From assembly GCA_041602695.1 (NCBI GenBank), contig JBFIFS010000001.1:13097-77096 (forward strand): a stretch of 64,000 nucleotides of DNA, written 5' to 3'. Shown in pieces: positions 24,444 to 34,801 of this stretch. Position numbers and translations under genes: made by a program. The notes under the pieces are model-generated. The model made no database searches and was not told where the DNA came from. It saw only the letters and a list, made by a program, of their open reading frames with translations. The stretch's first letter is position 1, and every line of letters starts with the position of its first letter. The DNA comes from Kiritimatiellia bacterium. Lineage in GTDB: Bacteria; Verrucomicrobiota; Kiritimatiellia; UBA8416; JBFIFS01.

Positions 24444-25007
24444 TTAGCTCTTGCCGGCACGATCGACGTACTCACCGGTGCGGGTGTCGATCCGGAGGAT
24501 ATCGCCCTCATTGACGAAAATGGGCACCTGGACCTCAAACCCGCCCTCCACGGTGGCAGGCTTCAGGACGTTGGTTGCTGTGTTGCCGCGAGCACCGGGT
24601 TCAGTTTTGATGCACTCCCGCTCAATGAAGTTTGGAAATGTGATGTCAATAGGCGTGCCGTCGTGAAAGAGAACGTCCACCTTGATGTCCTCCTTGAGGT
24701 AAAACCGCTTTTCGCCGAGGACCTCCGGAGTCAGGGTTACCTGCTCGTAATCGTCATCCATGAAAACATAGTTATCGCCGTCTGCGTAAGAGTAAACCAT
24801 CGGCTTCTCTTCAAGGGAACAGCGCTCCATCTTGTCATTCGAGCGGTAGCTCTTGGACATAGTGGTGCCGGTTATCATGTTCTTCAGTTTACAGTTATAA
24901 ACCGCCTGGCCTTTGCCGGGCTTCATGAAATTGAATTCTGTAATTACCCAGGGCTGGCCATCAATCTGGATCTTGAGCCCTTTTCTCAAATCGGATGCAC
25001 TGTACAT
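24444..25007 (-). CDS. efp: Elongation factor P
   Basis: 187 aa. MYSASDLRKGLKIQIDG..., with the modified-lysine loop FMKPGKGQA. Confidence 0.95.
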   Translation of the reverse strand: MYSASDLRKGLKIQIDGQPWVITEFNFMKPGKGQAVYNCKLKNMITGTTMSKSYRSNDKMERCSLEEKPMVYSYADGDNYVFMDDDYEQVTLTPEVLGEKRFYLKEDIKVDVLFHDGTPIDITFPNFIERECIKTEPGARGNTATNVLKPATVEGGFEVQVPIFVNEGDILRIDTRTGEYVDRAGKS

Positions 25008-25151
25008 ATATAAGACCCTCTCTCAATTCGCTTAAAGGCGCGAAGGTTAATAGGCTTTCGATCCTCTGTCAATATCCCCTTTTTAATATAGACTTTACCA
25101 CTGCCTTTGGTTGAATAGATCGTTCTTGCTAACACTTTAGAGGCTAACGAG

Positions 25152-26372
25152 ATGGCAGCAAATCGTTTATACAGGAAGATGTCCGGCGGAGTAACGGCCC
25201 CGATGGGCTTCAAGGCGTCCGGGGTCAGGGCCGGGATCAAGCACTCGCGTCCGGATTTGGCCCTGATATTTTCGGAAATGCCCGCACGTACCACCGCGAT
25301 CTATACGCAGAATGTGGTTAAGGGCGAACACATAGCCGTATGTCGGAAGCATCTTGCTGACAATAAATGTCAGGCTGTTGTCGTGAACAGCGGATGTGCC
25401 AATGCCTGCGTCGGTCCACAGGGCGCAAAGGACGCCATCACGATGACCAAGCTGGCCGGCCGAGCCATGGGTATCCCGCATGAGGACGTACTTGTCTGCT
25501 CGACGGGCACCATCGGAATCAGGCTCCCCATGGCGAAAATCCGGGCAGGTGTCGCGGCGGCCGCGAAAACACTCGAAGCGGGCGGCGGGCGTGCGGCAGC
25601 GAAAGCGATAATGACCACTGACACATATCACAAGGAATACGCGCTTGAGCTCAATCTCGGCGGAAGGAAGGTGCGGATCGGCGGTATGGCGAAGGGATCG
25701 GGAATGATTGAGCCCAACATGGCGACGATGCTGGCTTTTATTACAACCGACGCAAATGTTTCCGCCTCGGCACTTAGCATGTGTTTGAAACAAGCCGCCG
25801 AGCAGTCTTTTAACCGTGTAAGCGTCGACGGTGACCAGAGCTGTAACGATACCGTTATCCTGATGGCTAACGGCGCAGCCGGCACGCCGCTCCTGACCAG
25901 TAGGCATAGCGACTGGAAGAAGTTCAGCGAGGCGGTCCAAAAGGTCTGCCATGAGCTGGCGGTCATGCTGATCAAAGACGGGGAAGGCGCGACAAAGTTC
26001 GTGAAGGTCTCAGTTCATAATGCGCGAAGCAATGATGAAGCCAGAGCGGCTGCCCGGGCCATAGCCAACTCCCTTCTTGTAAAAACGTCGTGGTTCGGAG
26101 GCGATCCGAACTGGGGCCGGATTATTGACGCGGCAGGATACTCAGGCGCGTTTTTTGACTCACGTAAAACGGACATAACCTTCAACGGTGTGGCAGCGGT
26201 ACGGAACGGGCAGCGGTCCAGGGGCGTCTCCCTGAAAACCCTCGAGAAAATTTACCGGAAGAAAGAAATCGCAATAGACGTGAATCTTAAGGCGGGCAAA
26301 GGCTCCCATTTCGTGTTTACTTGCGATTGCAGTTTTGATTACGTACGCATCAATTCTGAATACATGACGTGA
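25152..26372 (+). CDS. argJ: Bifunctional ornithine acetyltransferase / N-acetylglutamate synthase
   Basis: Autoprocessing site context PNMATMLAFITTDA; length 406 aa. Confidence 0.9.
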   Translation: MAANRLYRKMSGGVTAPMGFKASGVRAGIKHSRPDLALIFSEMPARTTAIYTQNVVKGEHIAVCRKHLADNKCQAVVVNSGCANACVGPQGAKDAITMTKLAGRAMGIPHEDVLVCSTGTIGIRLPMAKIRAGVAAAAKTLEAGGGRAAAKAIMTTDTYHKEYALELNLGGRKVRIGGMAKGSGMIEPNMATMLAFITTDANVSASALSMCLKQAAEQSFNRVSVDGDQSCNDTVILMANGAAGTPLLTSRHSDWKKFSEAVQKVCHELAVMLIKDGEGATKFVKVSVHNARSNDEARAAARAIANSLLVKTSWFGGDPNWGRIIDAAGYSGAFFDSRKTDITFNGVAAVRNGQRSRGVSLKTLEKIYRKKEIAIDVNLKAGKGSHFVFTCDCSFDYVRINSEYMT

Positions 26373-26379
26373 GAGGTCT

Positions 26380-27258
26380 ATGGACGAAGTAATCAAAAAA
26401 GCATCTGTTCTTATTGAGGCGCTCCCCTACATCCAGCGCTTCCGCGGTGACATAATAGTCATCAAGTTCGGCGGTGCCGCTATGGAAGACCCCGAACATG
26501 TGCAGGGCGTCCTTTCAGACATCACCTTCATGGAATGCGTCGGCATGCTCCCGGTCATCGTGCACGGTGGCGGAAAGGCCATATCGCGCGGTATGGAAAA
26601 AGAAGGGATCGCCGCCCAGTTTATAGACGGGCTGAGGGTCACGTGCGCAAAGACAATAGACGTTGTGCAAAGAGTGATGCACGCCGAAGTCAATCCCGGC
26701 ATCGTGTCGAAATTGCGGGCCATGGGTGCGCGTGCCGAAGGGATCCACGGCGAAGATATTTTCAGTGTTCACAAGAAAACGGGGGTCCACCGGGAGACGG
26801 GCGACGAAATTGACTGGGGCTTCGTTGGAGAGCCTAACGAAGTGCGCGTCGAGGTGCTGCAGGAGCTCCTCGACAGGAATGTCATACCCGTTGTAACTCC
26901 TCTCGGCAAAGGCGACGACGGGAAGATCCATAATATCAACGCGGACACGGCCGCCGCCGCCGTCGCCCGGGCTTTGCGCGCGCGCAAGCTGGCTTTCGTG
27001 TCGGATGTTCCCGGGCTTCTGCGTGACCCGGGAGATCCCGATTCTCTCATTACAACTTTGAAGGCGGGGAACGTACAGGAGCTCATCGACGAGGGCGTTA
27101 TAGATGGCGGCATGCTCCCTAAAATCAGCGGAGGAGTCGAGGCGCTCAAGGCCGGCGTGCGCAAGATCCACATGATAGACGGCCGCATGCCGCATTCGCT
27201 GCTGCTTGAGATTTTCACGGACAGGGGTGTTGGAACCGAAATAATCAGGGATGAATAG
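26380..27258 (+). CDS. argB: Acetylglutamate kinase
   Basis: IVIKFGGAAM..., PVIVHGGG, NINADTAAAAVA. Confidence 0.9.
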   Translation: MDEVIKKASVLIEALPYIQRFRGDIIVIKFGGAAMEDPEHVQGVLSDITFMECVGMLPVIVHGGGKAISRGMEKEGIAAQFIDGLRVTCAKTIDVVQRVMHAEVNPGIVSKLRAMGARAEGIHGEDIFSVHKKTGVHRETGDEIDWGFVGEPNEVRVEVLQELLDRNVIPVVTPLGKGDDGKIHNINADTAAAAVARALRARKLAFVSDVPGLLRDPGDPDSLITTLKAGNVQELIDEGVIDGGMLPKISGGVEALKAGVRKIHMIDGRMPHSLLLEIFTDRGVGTEIIRDE

Positions 27259-27260
27259 AA

Positions 27261-28529
27261 ATGAATACTGCAGAACTTTATGATCGCTACGTTATGAATA
27301 CCTACGGCCAGGCGCGGACCCTCGTAAAAGGGAAAGGGACACGCGTCTGGGACGATAAAGGGATGGTCTATCTTGACTTTATCTCGGGCATTTCGGTCCT
27401 GAATATCGGCCATAGTCATCCCAAGGTCCTCGCTGCCGTTCAGGCGCAGTCGGAAAAGCTTTTCCATGTGTCGAACCTTTACTTCAATGAGGTACAGGGC
27501 GTACTTGCGCGCGAGCTTTCTGAAGTGTCGCTTAAAGGTAAGTGCTTTTTCTGCAACTCGGGTGCCGAGGCCAATGAGGCACTTATCAAGCTGGCGCGCC
27601 TCAATGGCAGCGAGAACGGCCGCTATGAAATCATCACCATGAAGAACTCATTTCATGGCCGCACACTGGCTACGGCGGCAGCCACGGGGCAGGACAAGAT
27701 AAAGAAAGGATTTGAGCCGATGCCGGAAGGGTTCCTGCATGCCGAGTTCAACAACGTTGAATCGGTCAGGGAGCTCATTTCAGAGAAGACCGCGGGCGTA
27801 CTTCTTGAAGCAGTACAGGGTGAGGGCGGGATCATTCCAGCGACTGAGGAGTTCATGCAGGGCGTGCGCGCCCTCTGTGATGAGCACGGCCTAATGATGC
27901 TGTGCGATGAAGTGCAGTGCGGTTTGGGACGCACAGGGCATTGGTTCGGGTTCCAGGAGTTCGGAGTGGAACCTGATGCGTTCTCAACTGCCAAGAGCCT
28001 CGGGAGCGGTTACCCGATCGGAGCTATCTGCGCCAAGCCCGAATACAGCGATGTATTCAAACCCGGCCATCATGCAAGCACATTTGGCGGGACCCCGCTC
28101 GCCTGCAGCGCGGCCGTTGCAACACTCGAAGTGATCGCAGAGGAGGACCTGCTCGTAAAAGCGGACCGCGCTGGTGAGCTTTTGATGGAAGCGCTGCGTG
28201 ATTACGTGGAGAAGTTCGAGCATGTAAAGGAAGTGCGCGGGCTTGGCCTAATGCTGGGAATGGTGCTGGATGTCGAAGCCAAGCCGCTGTGCGCGACGCT
28301 TGCTGACATGGGACTCCTAGTCCTTCCGGCGGGAGAAAAAGTGGTCCGTCTTCTGCCTCCGCTGAACGTAAAAGACAGCGAGATCGAGGAAGCGCTGGAC
28401 ATAATTCACGACGCTCTTTGCGAAATGCACGGAATGGACGAAGATGCCGTCCCTGCTGAAGCGGCAGGAGATGCGCCTGACGCCGAAGCTCCGGCAGAGG
28501 AGGAAAAGGAGGCTGACGATGAAGCTTAA
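27261..28529 (+). CDS. argD: Acetylornithine aminotransferase (class III), with an acidic C-terminal tail
   Basis: SGAEANEALIKLAR, DEVQCGLGRTG, and the PLP Lys in the FSTAKSLGSG context. The last ~30 aa are D/E/A/P-rich. Confidence 0.85.
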   Translation: MNTAELYDRYVMNTYGQARTLVKGKGTRVWDDKGMVYLDFISGISVLNIGHSHPKVLAAVQAQSEKLFHVSNLYFNEVQGVLARELSEVSLKGKCFFCNSGAEANEALIKLARLNGSENGRYEIITMKNSFHGRTLATAAATGQDKIKKGFEPMPEGFLHAEFNNVESVRELISEKTAGVLLEAVQGEGGIIPATEEFMQGVRALCDEHGLMMLCDEVQCGLGRTGHWFGFQEFGVEPDAFSTAKSLGSGYPIGAICAKPEYSDVFKPGHHASTFGGTPLACSAAVATLEVIAEEDLLVKADRAGELLMEALRDYVEKFEHVKEVRGLGLMLGMVLDVEAKPLCATLADMGLLVLPAGEKVVRLLPPLNVKDSEIEEALDIIHDALCEMHGMDEDAVPAEAAGDAPDAEAPAEEEKEADDEA

Positions 28530-29760
28530 GGACCTGAAGGGGAAGAAGCTTGGCGTTTGCGTGTCAGGAGGCCTGGACAGCAAGACCATTACCAGGAAGT
28601 TCGTCGAAGAAGGGCTGGATGTTGTCTGCTTTACAGCCGACCTGGGGCAGCCTGACGAGAAGGATATACGCGACGTGGTGAAGAAGATGGCCCCGAGTGG
28701 AGCCAGGACCTATGTTGTCGATCTTAAGGATGCCATGGCGAAGGCCTGCCTGGAGGCCGTGCGTGCGCAGGCGAAGTATGACGGCGGCTACTGGAACACC
28801 ACCGGTCTCGCCCGGGCCGTGACGGTTCGAGGACTTATTCCGGAAATGAAAAAAAGGGGCTGCAATGTCCTGGCACACGGGGCAACGGGCCGGGGAAACG
28901 ACCAGATGCGTTTTGAGCGGTATACGAATGTCCTTGAACCCCGCATGACCGTGTATGCGCCATGGCGAGACGCCGACCTCTTGAAGGAATTCCCGGGACG
29001 CAGGCAGATGGTTGCATATCTAAAGAAGCGGGGAATCGCCGCCACGGTTGGCAAGCGGAAGCCTTATTCAACAGATGCCAATCTGGCCGGACTTTCACAC
29101 GAAGCTGAGGACCTCGAAAGCGTTACTACCCCGATGACGATAGTTAAGCCCTTGATGGGCGTGTGGCCCAACCAGGCACCCGCCAAGTCCCAGAAAGTTA
29201 AGGTCACTTTCACGAAGGGCATAGCTACCGCTATCAACGGGCGCAAGATGTCGCCTCTCAAGCTTATGGAGACGGTAAACAAGATCGGCGGAAAGCACGG
29301 TATCGGCATCAAGAACGCGCTCGAGAACAGAATCATAGGAACAAAGAGCCGTGGAGTATACGAGGCCCCCGGCATGGAGCTTCTGGGATCGGCCCTTATG
29401 CAGGTTTACTATGCCGTGTTAGATAAGCGCTCATACAAACTGTTCCACGAACTGTCAGGGCTGGTTGCGCGGCAGGTCTACGACGGTAGACTTTTCGATC
29501 CGGCAACTGCTGCGGCGATGGCCGGCATTAAACAGCTGGCAGGAGCCGCCAGCGGCACAGTCACACTGGAGCTGTTTAAAGGCAACATGTATTTCGTGAG
29601 CCTTACGGACTGCAGGTCTTCCCTCTACAACGAGGAAGATTCATCCATGGAAGAGTCAGCGGGACTCAACCCGGTCAGCTCGCAGGGTTTCGCGGAGATA
29701 CAGAGCGTCGAGGCGCGGTCCCTCGCGCGTGCGAAGCAGGTAAGAAAGAACATCGTGTGA
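28519..29760 (+). CDS. argG: Argininosuccinate synthase
   Basis: [21 protein letters not shown] (PP-loop). AAGGAGG at 28506-28512. The track start at 28444 lies inside argD. Confidence 0.9.
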   Translation: MKLKDLKGKKLGVCVSGGLDSKTITRKFVEEGLDVVCFTADLGQPDEKDIRDVVKKMAPSGARTYVVDLKDAMAKACLEAVRAQAKYDGGYWNTTGLARAVTVRGLIPEMKKRGCNVLAHGATGRGNDQMRFERYTNVLEPRMTVYAPWRDADLLKEFPGRRQMVAYLKKRGIAATVGKRKPYSTDANLAGLSHEAEDLESVTTPMTIVKPLMGVWPNQAPAKSQKVKVTFTKGIATAINGRKMSPLKLMETVNKIGGKHGIGIKNALENRIIGTKSRGVYEAPGMELLGSALMQVYYAVLDKRSYKLFHELSGLVARQVYDGRLFDPATAAAMAGIKQLAGAASGTVTLELFKGNMYFVSLTDCRSSLYNEEDSSMEESAGLNPVSSQGFAEIQSVEARSLARAKQVRKNIV

Positions 29761-30551
29761 GAGCGCGCCCGAAGAAGGCTCCCGTGTGTCTCACGATTGC
29801 GGGATCGGACAGCGGCGGCGGCGCGGGCATACAGGCTGACCTCAAGACTTTTGCGGCCATGGGCGTATTTGGCACCAGCGCCATCACCTGTTTAACTGCC
29901 CAGAACCCTGACGGCGTCTTGGGTATCACCCCCACCCCGCGTGGCTTTGTAGCAGAGCAAATAAGGGCCGTGTGCTCCTCCTTTCCTGTGGCATCTGCTA
30001 AGACGGGAATGCTCTATTCATCACAGCTCATCAGGGAGGTCGTGAAGGAGCTTAGGCGTCTGAACATACCGGCACTTGTGGTCGACCCTGTGGCGAGGGC
30101 AACGTCCGGAGCGCCGCTCCTGCGGCCAGGCGGGGAGAAAGCTCTACTCGAGGAACTGCTCCCGCTAGCCAGCGTGGTTACGCCAAATGTTCCTGAGGCG
30201 GAGATGATTCTGTGTTCGGAAATCAGGGATGGGCATGATCAGGTCGATGCGGCTCGCGCGATCGCGAAGGGATTCGGTGTCGCCTGTATTCTGAAAGGCG
30301 GACATCTTCCCGGCGCGATGATGCAGGACGTGCTGTGCGCAAGCGGTAAGATTTACAAGGTCCGGGCAGAACGTGTCTCATCGAAGGAAACACACGGAAC
30401 CGGGTGTACTCTTGCGGCAGCGGTCGCAGCGTCGCTGGGGAAAGGAATGTCCGTCCCCGGCGCCTTTAGAAACGCATGCGGCTTCGTGCATGAGGCCTTG
30501 AGGCGGCCATTTAAATGCGGTGCGCATACGCCCCTGGGCATACACTGCTAA
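29757..30551 (+). CDS. thiD: Hydroxymethylpyrimidine/phosphomethylpyrimidine kinase
   Basis: [21 protein letters not shown] and a C-terminal [15 protein letters not shown] start overlapping the argG stop (GTGA). Confidence 0.8.
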   Translation: MRARPKKAPVCLTIAGSDSGGGAGIQADLKTFAAMGVFGTSAITCLTAQNPDGVLGITPTPRGFVAEQIRAVCSSFPVASAKTGMLYSSQLIREVVKELRRLNIPALVVDPVARATSGAPLLRPGGEKALLEELLPLASVVTPNVPEAEMILCSEIRDGHDQVDAARAIAKGFGVACILKGGHLPGAMMQDVLCASGKIYKVRAERVSSKETHGTGCTLAAAVAASLGKGMSVPGAFRNACGFVHEALRRPFKCGAHTPLGIHC

Positions 30552-30564
30552 CCAGCCTGCCTTT

Positions 30565-31884
30565 TCAGGAGCGGATCAGCGAGAGAACCTCATCCCTCTT
30601 CTCTTCCATCACCGATCGGTCCCTGGCTTCGAGGTTGAGGCGCACAAGGGGCTCAGTGTTCGAGCAGCGCACATTAAACCACCAGTCAGCGTACTCAACG
30701 CTTACTCCATCGAGCTCAATTAGCTGACCGTCGGAATACTTTTCCTTCAGTGCCGAAAGGACTTTGCCTGGATCCTGTACCCGTGAGTTGATTTCCCCGC
30801 TTGCGAAGTATTTCTTGATGGGTTTCACCAGCTCCGAGAGAGGCTTGTCACTGTTGCTCACTATGTTGGCGACACGTAACACCGCCATGGCAGAGCTTTC
30901 AGTAAAGAAGTTCTCACGGAAATAATAATGGCCGGACAGCTCCCCTGCAAATATGGCGTTGTTATCACGCATTTGCTGCTTGATGAAAGCGTGCCCTACC
31001 CTGCTCATCATCGGTGTTCCTCCACACTCCTCGATAACTTCCTTGACCGCCCAGCTGCTGCGCAGGTCATAGAAGATAACGCCCTTGTCTTTGGCAAGGA
31101 TGTCCTCGGCGATAAGGGCAGTTATAATATCCATCGGAACTATATCGCCGTTCTCATCGGTGAATCCTGCCCTGTCGGCATCGCCGTCAAACGAGACGCC
31201 GAAATCATATGATCCCTCCCTGACCATCTTCTGGAGGGCCTCCATGGTTTCTTCCTTGAGCGGGTTCGCTTCATGATTAGGGAAGGTGCCGTCCAGCTCC
31301 TCGTACAGGGAGTCGATTTCAATGCTTCCCGCAAGCGCGCGCGCTTCATAAGTGCCCATGGCGTTGGCCATGTCGGCGGCGATCCTTACCGGTCGGCCTA
31401 TGTCCGCGACGGCCTTGACGTGGTTGCAATAGTCCGCCAGAACATCCATCTCAGAGAGAGAGCCCTTCTGGTCCGAGACACTCTCGAATGCCTCGGTCTC
31501 AACTATCCTCTCAATGTCTTCAATGCCTGTTGCGCCGCTGATGGGGACGGCTTGCTCGCGCGTCAATTTGAACCCGTTCCATTCGCCGGGATTGTGTGAG
31601 GCGGTGATCATGATCCCGGCCTCGGCCCCGCTCACGCCTACCGCGTAGTAAAGCATTGGCGTAGAACACATACCGCAATCAATGACGCTTGCTCCTGACT
31701 CAGTAATGCCGCGCGTAAGCGCTTCAAAGAGAGGTTTCGAATGGGGGCGCATGTCGTGGCCGATAACCACCCTGTTACTTTTGAGGAAAGTAACGAATGC
31801 TTTGCCGATCTTCTCTGCAAGTTCCTCAGTTAAGGTGTCACCGTAGACGCCCCTGATGTCATAAGCCTTGAATATACCAGCCAT
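30565..31884 (-). CDS. Phosphomannomutase/phosphoglucomutase (alpha-D-phosphohexomutase)
   Basis: IFKAYDIRG start, catalytic TASHNPGEWNGFK, metal loop FDGDADR. The ATG at 31884 is preceded by AGGAG. Confidence 0.85.
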   Translation of the reverse strand: MAGIFKAYDIRGVYGDTLTEELAEKIGKAFVTFLKSNRVVIGHDMRPHSKPLFEALTRGITESGASVIDCGMCSTPMLYYAVGVSGAEAGIMITASHNPGEWNGFKLTREQAVPISGATGIEDIERIVETEAFESVSDQKGSLSEMDVLADYCNHVKAVADIGRPVRIAADMANAMGTYEARALAGSIEIDSLYEELDGTFPNHEANPLKEETMEALQKMVREGSYDFGVSFDGDADRAGFTDENGDIVPMDIITALIAEDILAKDKGVIFYDLRSSWAVKEVIEECGGTPMMSRVGHAFIKQQMRDNNAIFAGELSGHYYFRENFFTESSAMAVLRVANIVSNSDKPLSELVKPIKKYFASGEINSRVQDPGKVLSALKEKYSDGQLIELDGVSVEYADWWFNVRCSNTEPLVRLNLEARDRSVMEEKRDEVLSLIRS

Positions 31885-31968
31885 TTTGCTCCTGCCTTGT
31901 ACTTGTGTTCCTTTAAAAAACGGATCGTAGATCAGGGAGCACAGCATGGCAAGCGGATAAGCGGCAGA

Positions 31969-32466
31969 CTACTGCGATTTACGCCGCAGTGCCTCAAGCG
32001 TGACCGTTGCCTTCGCCCTGCCGGACTCAAATGGCGATGATTTCAGGGAGACTTCCGTGAGAACCCACGGCGGTCGGGCCTGATGGCACATTACCGCGAA
32101 ATCGTCCAGCTCCGTTAAGATCACATCGCTCAAGACGATCTGTCTAGTGATGACGGACCATCCATCATCGAGGCTGCTTACGCCGCTTTCAGAGTCCGCA
32201 ACAGTTTCAGTTAAGCCGGCATCCTTGATAATTAAGTCCAGGTCGACCGGGCTGCTGGTTTCCAGCGTGTCCAGATGCTCCTTCGCTTCTTCTATAGAAT
32301 CGAGTCTAGCCTCAAGGGCTTTCAGGTGGTTGAGAAGCGCCTGGGCGCGCTCAATATCTGTCATGCGGCGATTTAGAAGTGCAGAGCCCCAGGCCGCTGC
32401 GCAAATCCCACCTGAGAAAACCAGAACAGCAATGGCCGAGGTCCATCTGGATGTAACTGCCCGCAT
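31969..32466 (-). CDS. GspM/PilO-like bitopic membrane protein (tentative)
   Basis: 165 aa with an N-terminal TM (AIAVLVFSGGICAAAWG), a coiled coil (AQALLNHLKALEARLDSIEEAKEHL) and a small C-terminal domain. Starts 1 nt after the stop of the GspL-like gene. Confidence 0.35.
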   Translation of the reverse strand: MRAVTSRWTSAIAVLVFSGGICAAAWGSALLNRRMTDIERAQALLNHLKALEARLDSIEEAKEHLDTLETSSPVDLDLIIKDAGLTETVADSESGVSSLDDGWSVITRQIVLSDVILTELDDFAVMCHQARPPWVLTEVSLKSSPFESGRAKATVTLEALRRKSQ

Positions 32467-32467
32467 G

Positions 32468-33811
32468 CTAGATCCTGCCCTCCGCCGTTATTACAAACCT
32501 GACGGATTCGTCCACAAGAGACTCCTCTCTCTTCAAATCGACAACCAGTCCCTGCTGCCGGAGAAAGCTCGTAAGCTTCTCTGGTAACGACCACGAGGCA
32601 GCACGGCCTTTGAGTTCAGCCTGCGAAGCATTGATCCGCGCTTCCTCAAGGACGAGCCCGTATTCCCCGCTCTTAGCCGCTATTTCTCTGACCCGGACAA
32701 GAAGCGACGGCTGAAAAGGGGCGAGCAATGGCTCTGCCGCCGCAAGCCTCTTTTCGACAGCCTTCTCTGCGACCTGAAGCGCGTGGATCCCTGAGGCGCC
32801 CCCCAAGCGCCCCTGGCTCACTTGGGAAGCACCGGACGTAAACTCATCCTCAATCCCCCTGAGCCTGGCGCCGGCCACGGCATTCAAAGTCAGGGCTGCA
32901 CCGGCGAGAAAAAGGCCGCAAGCTGCCAGAACTCCCGAAAGGGCCAGTGAGCGCGATCGCTCCGCTGCTGTGCCTCCAGCGTGCGCCATTTCATCCCGCC
33001 GCAGGTTCACGCCGTGACTGCCGCCGAGAATCGCCCGTCGTGCCAGGGCTCGCGCAAGAAACTCGCCCGGCTTATCGTGAGTCCTGATTGCCCGCACCCA
33101 TTCAGTGCCGATCGCTTCAATGGCATCTTTAGATGAAGGCAGCTCCGCGCGGCTGCCTGTCAAAAAGAAATTGACCCTTGCCGGAGGGTCGAACGAAGCG
33201 GACAATAGGCGCCTGACGGTTCCTGCCTCAAGCGCACTTACGGCGTGACTCCCGAGGATTCTTGACCCGATCCCGAAGCACAGCGCCGCGCCCTCCTTCT
33301 CAAGTTTCACGACGGCCCTGCACTCATTGCGCTCAGGCGGCACCTCGTGGATGCTCCCGTGCCACATGGCCAGTCCTTCAGCGTCCAGGTAAACAGGATC
33401 TATTCCCCGCTCTGCAATGCTGTCGAGGTACGCCTGGATATCCGTCTTTCGAGCGGCAGCTGCAACGGCCTCAATCTTCCCTTCCTCCCCGGGAGCAAGC
33501 TGCGTAAAAGCAGTAGCACAGTCTTCTATGGAAAAGGGCATCTGAACATCAAGCAGGGAGGGCAGGATGCGGCGGGTCTTCTTGAGCGATGAAAAGGGAC
33601 TTTTCAACCGTCGGACAATTGAGGTGCGGCCCGGCAGTGCGCACGCAATATCGCAGCTGCCCGGCATCTCCGGCGCATTTTGAAAAAGGATATTAGAGCC
33701 GTCCCTGTATCCCAGAACATAGACTGGCTTCTCGGCGCCAAGATCGGCGCCGCAAACCTGTCTTTCTGTGAAAAGTGACTTCATAGGTATACTTAACAGC
33801 GGGACCGACAT
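32468..33811 (-). CDS. GspL- or PilM/PilN-fusion-like protein (cytoplasmic domain, one TM, periplasmic domain; tentative)
   Basis: About 330 cytoplasmic residues, then TM LALSGVLAACGLFLAGAALTL, then a ~130-aa C-terminal domain. Start set at the ATG at 33811 (alternative 33784). The track start at 33961 would overlap the divergent TPR gene. Confidence 0.4.
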   Translation of the reverse strand: MSVPLLSIPMKSLFTERQVCGADLGAEKPVYVLGYRDGSNILFQNAPEMPGSCDIACALPGRTSIVRRLKSPFSSLKKTRRILPSLLDVQMPFSIEDCATAFTQLAPGEEGKIEAVAAAARKTDIQAYLDSIAERGIDPVYLDAEGLAMWHGSIHEVPPERNECRAVVKLEKEGAALCFGIGSRILGSHAVSALEAGTVRRLLSASFDPPARVNFFLTGSRAELPSSKDAIEAIGTEWVRAIRTHDKPGEFLARALARRAILGGSHGVNLRRDEMAHAGGTAAERSRSLALSGVLAACGLFLAGAALTLNAVAGARLRGIEDEFTSGASQVSQGRLGGASGIHALQVAEKAVEKRLAAAEPLLAPFQPSLLVRVREIAAKSGEYGLVLEEARINASQAELKGRAASWSLPEKLTSFLRQQGLVVDLKREESLVDESVRFVITAEGRI

Positions 33812-33951
33812 CGATCCCTGAACCCGTCCGGATTGTATGAAAGCAACACGGATATTCCAAGCGAGAAGAGACTCTTTGTCGAAGCCGCCCGGCGGCCCTA
33901 TACCAAGTATTGCCTTGCTATCAGCATCCCGTATGTTTATCGTTTGCCGCC

Positions 33952-34794
33952 ATGATTTCACGCATAAGCATAATGGGTATTATTACCCTCGCCATTTTCG
34001 CAGGCAGCGTGTGCAGGGCTCAGGATGGATCTGGTGTCGACACCGCGTCCGGACTGCTGGAGGGGTCCTACTCCTCGATGGTCCAGGGCGATCTTCACCG
34101 TGATGGCGGCGACAGGGAAAAGGCTCTTGAGGCATACCGCAAGGCCCTGTCGGGCTTCATAACCGCCTCGGAGCAGCATCCCGAGATTGATCCCGAGGTC
34201 GTTAAATTCCGAATTGCATACTGCGACAACCAGATAGAGACCCTCATGAAGGAGTTTGGCATTAACGGAAGCCGGCCACCATCAACGCCTGAAGAGCGTG
34301 ACGCCATGACCCCCTCTCACGTGCAGACCGCCGGGGCCACAGCGCGGGCGATGAGTGTTCGTCTTCGCGCGATCCGGGCACAAATAGCAAATCGTGAATT
34401 AACAGAAGCCCGGACGTCACTCATCGCTCTCCTGAAACAGAATCCCGACGATGCTGAAATCCGCGTTCTTATGGCCATCGTGCAATGCATGCTCGGCCGA
34501 TTTGACGATGCCGATAACCTGATGACAACACTCGTGCAGGAGAAGCCGGACCTTGCCAGGGCTTATGCGGTCCTTTCAACAGCGAAGATCGGGCTGGGCG
34601 ACGTAGAGGCCGCGAAGGCGGCCCTTGCCAAAGCAATAGACCTCGGATCGACGCGTCCGGAGGTCTACTACAACATGACCCAGATAATCCTTGCCTCAAA
34701 GCCTCTTGATGCCGAGGCAGCACGGGACAATTACCGCAAATCGCTGCAGCTCGGCGGAAGGCGTGATCCAGACTTGGATTACCTTCTGAAGTAA
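33952..34794 (+). CDS. Secreted TPR-repeat protein
   Basis: Signal peptide MISRISIMGIITLAIFAGSVCRA/QD followed by TPR-like helical repeats (EARTSLIALLKQNPDDAEIRVLMAIV..., ARAYAVLSTAKIGLGDVEAAKAALAKAI). Confidence 0.6.
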   Translation: MISRISIMGIITLAIFAGSVCRAQDGSGVDTASGLLEGSYSSMVQGDLHRDGGDREKALEAYRKALSGFITASEQHPEIDPEVVKFRIAYCDNQIETLMKEFGINGSRPPSTPEERDAMTPSHVQTAGATARAMSVRLRAIRAQIANRELTEARTSLIALLKQNPDDAEIRVLMAIVQCMLGRFDDADNLMTTLVQEKPDLARAYAVLSTAKIGLGDVEAAKAALAKAIDLGSTRPEVYYNMTQIILASKPLDAEAARDNYRKSLQLGGRRDPDLDYLLK

Positions 34795-34801
34795 TAAGCC
34801 T

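Noticed and set aside
33812-33961. N-terminal 50 codons of the track ORF 32468..33961
   Set aside because: They would overlap the divergent TPR-protein gene start at 33952 and show no recognisable features. The internal ATGs at 33811 or 33784 are more plausible, though the start remains uncertain.
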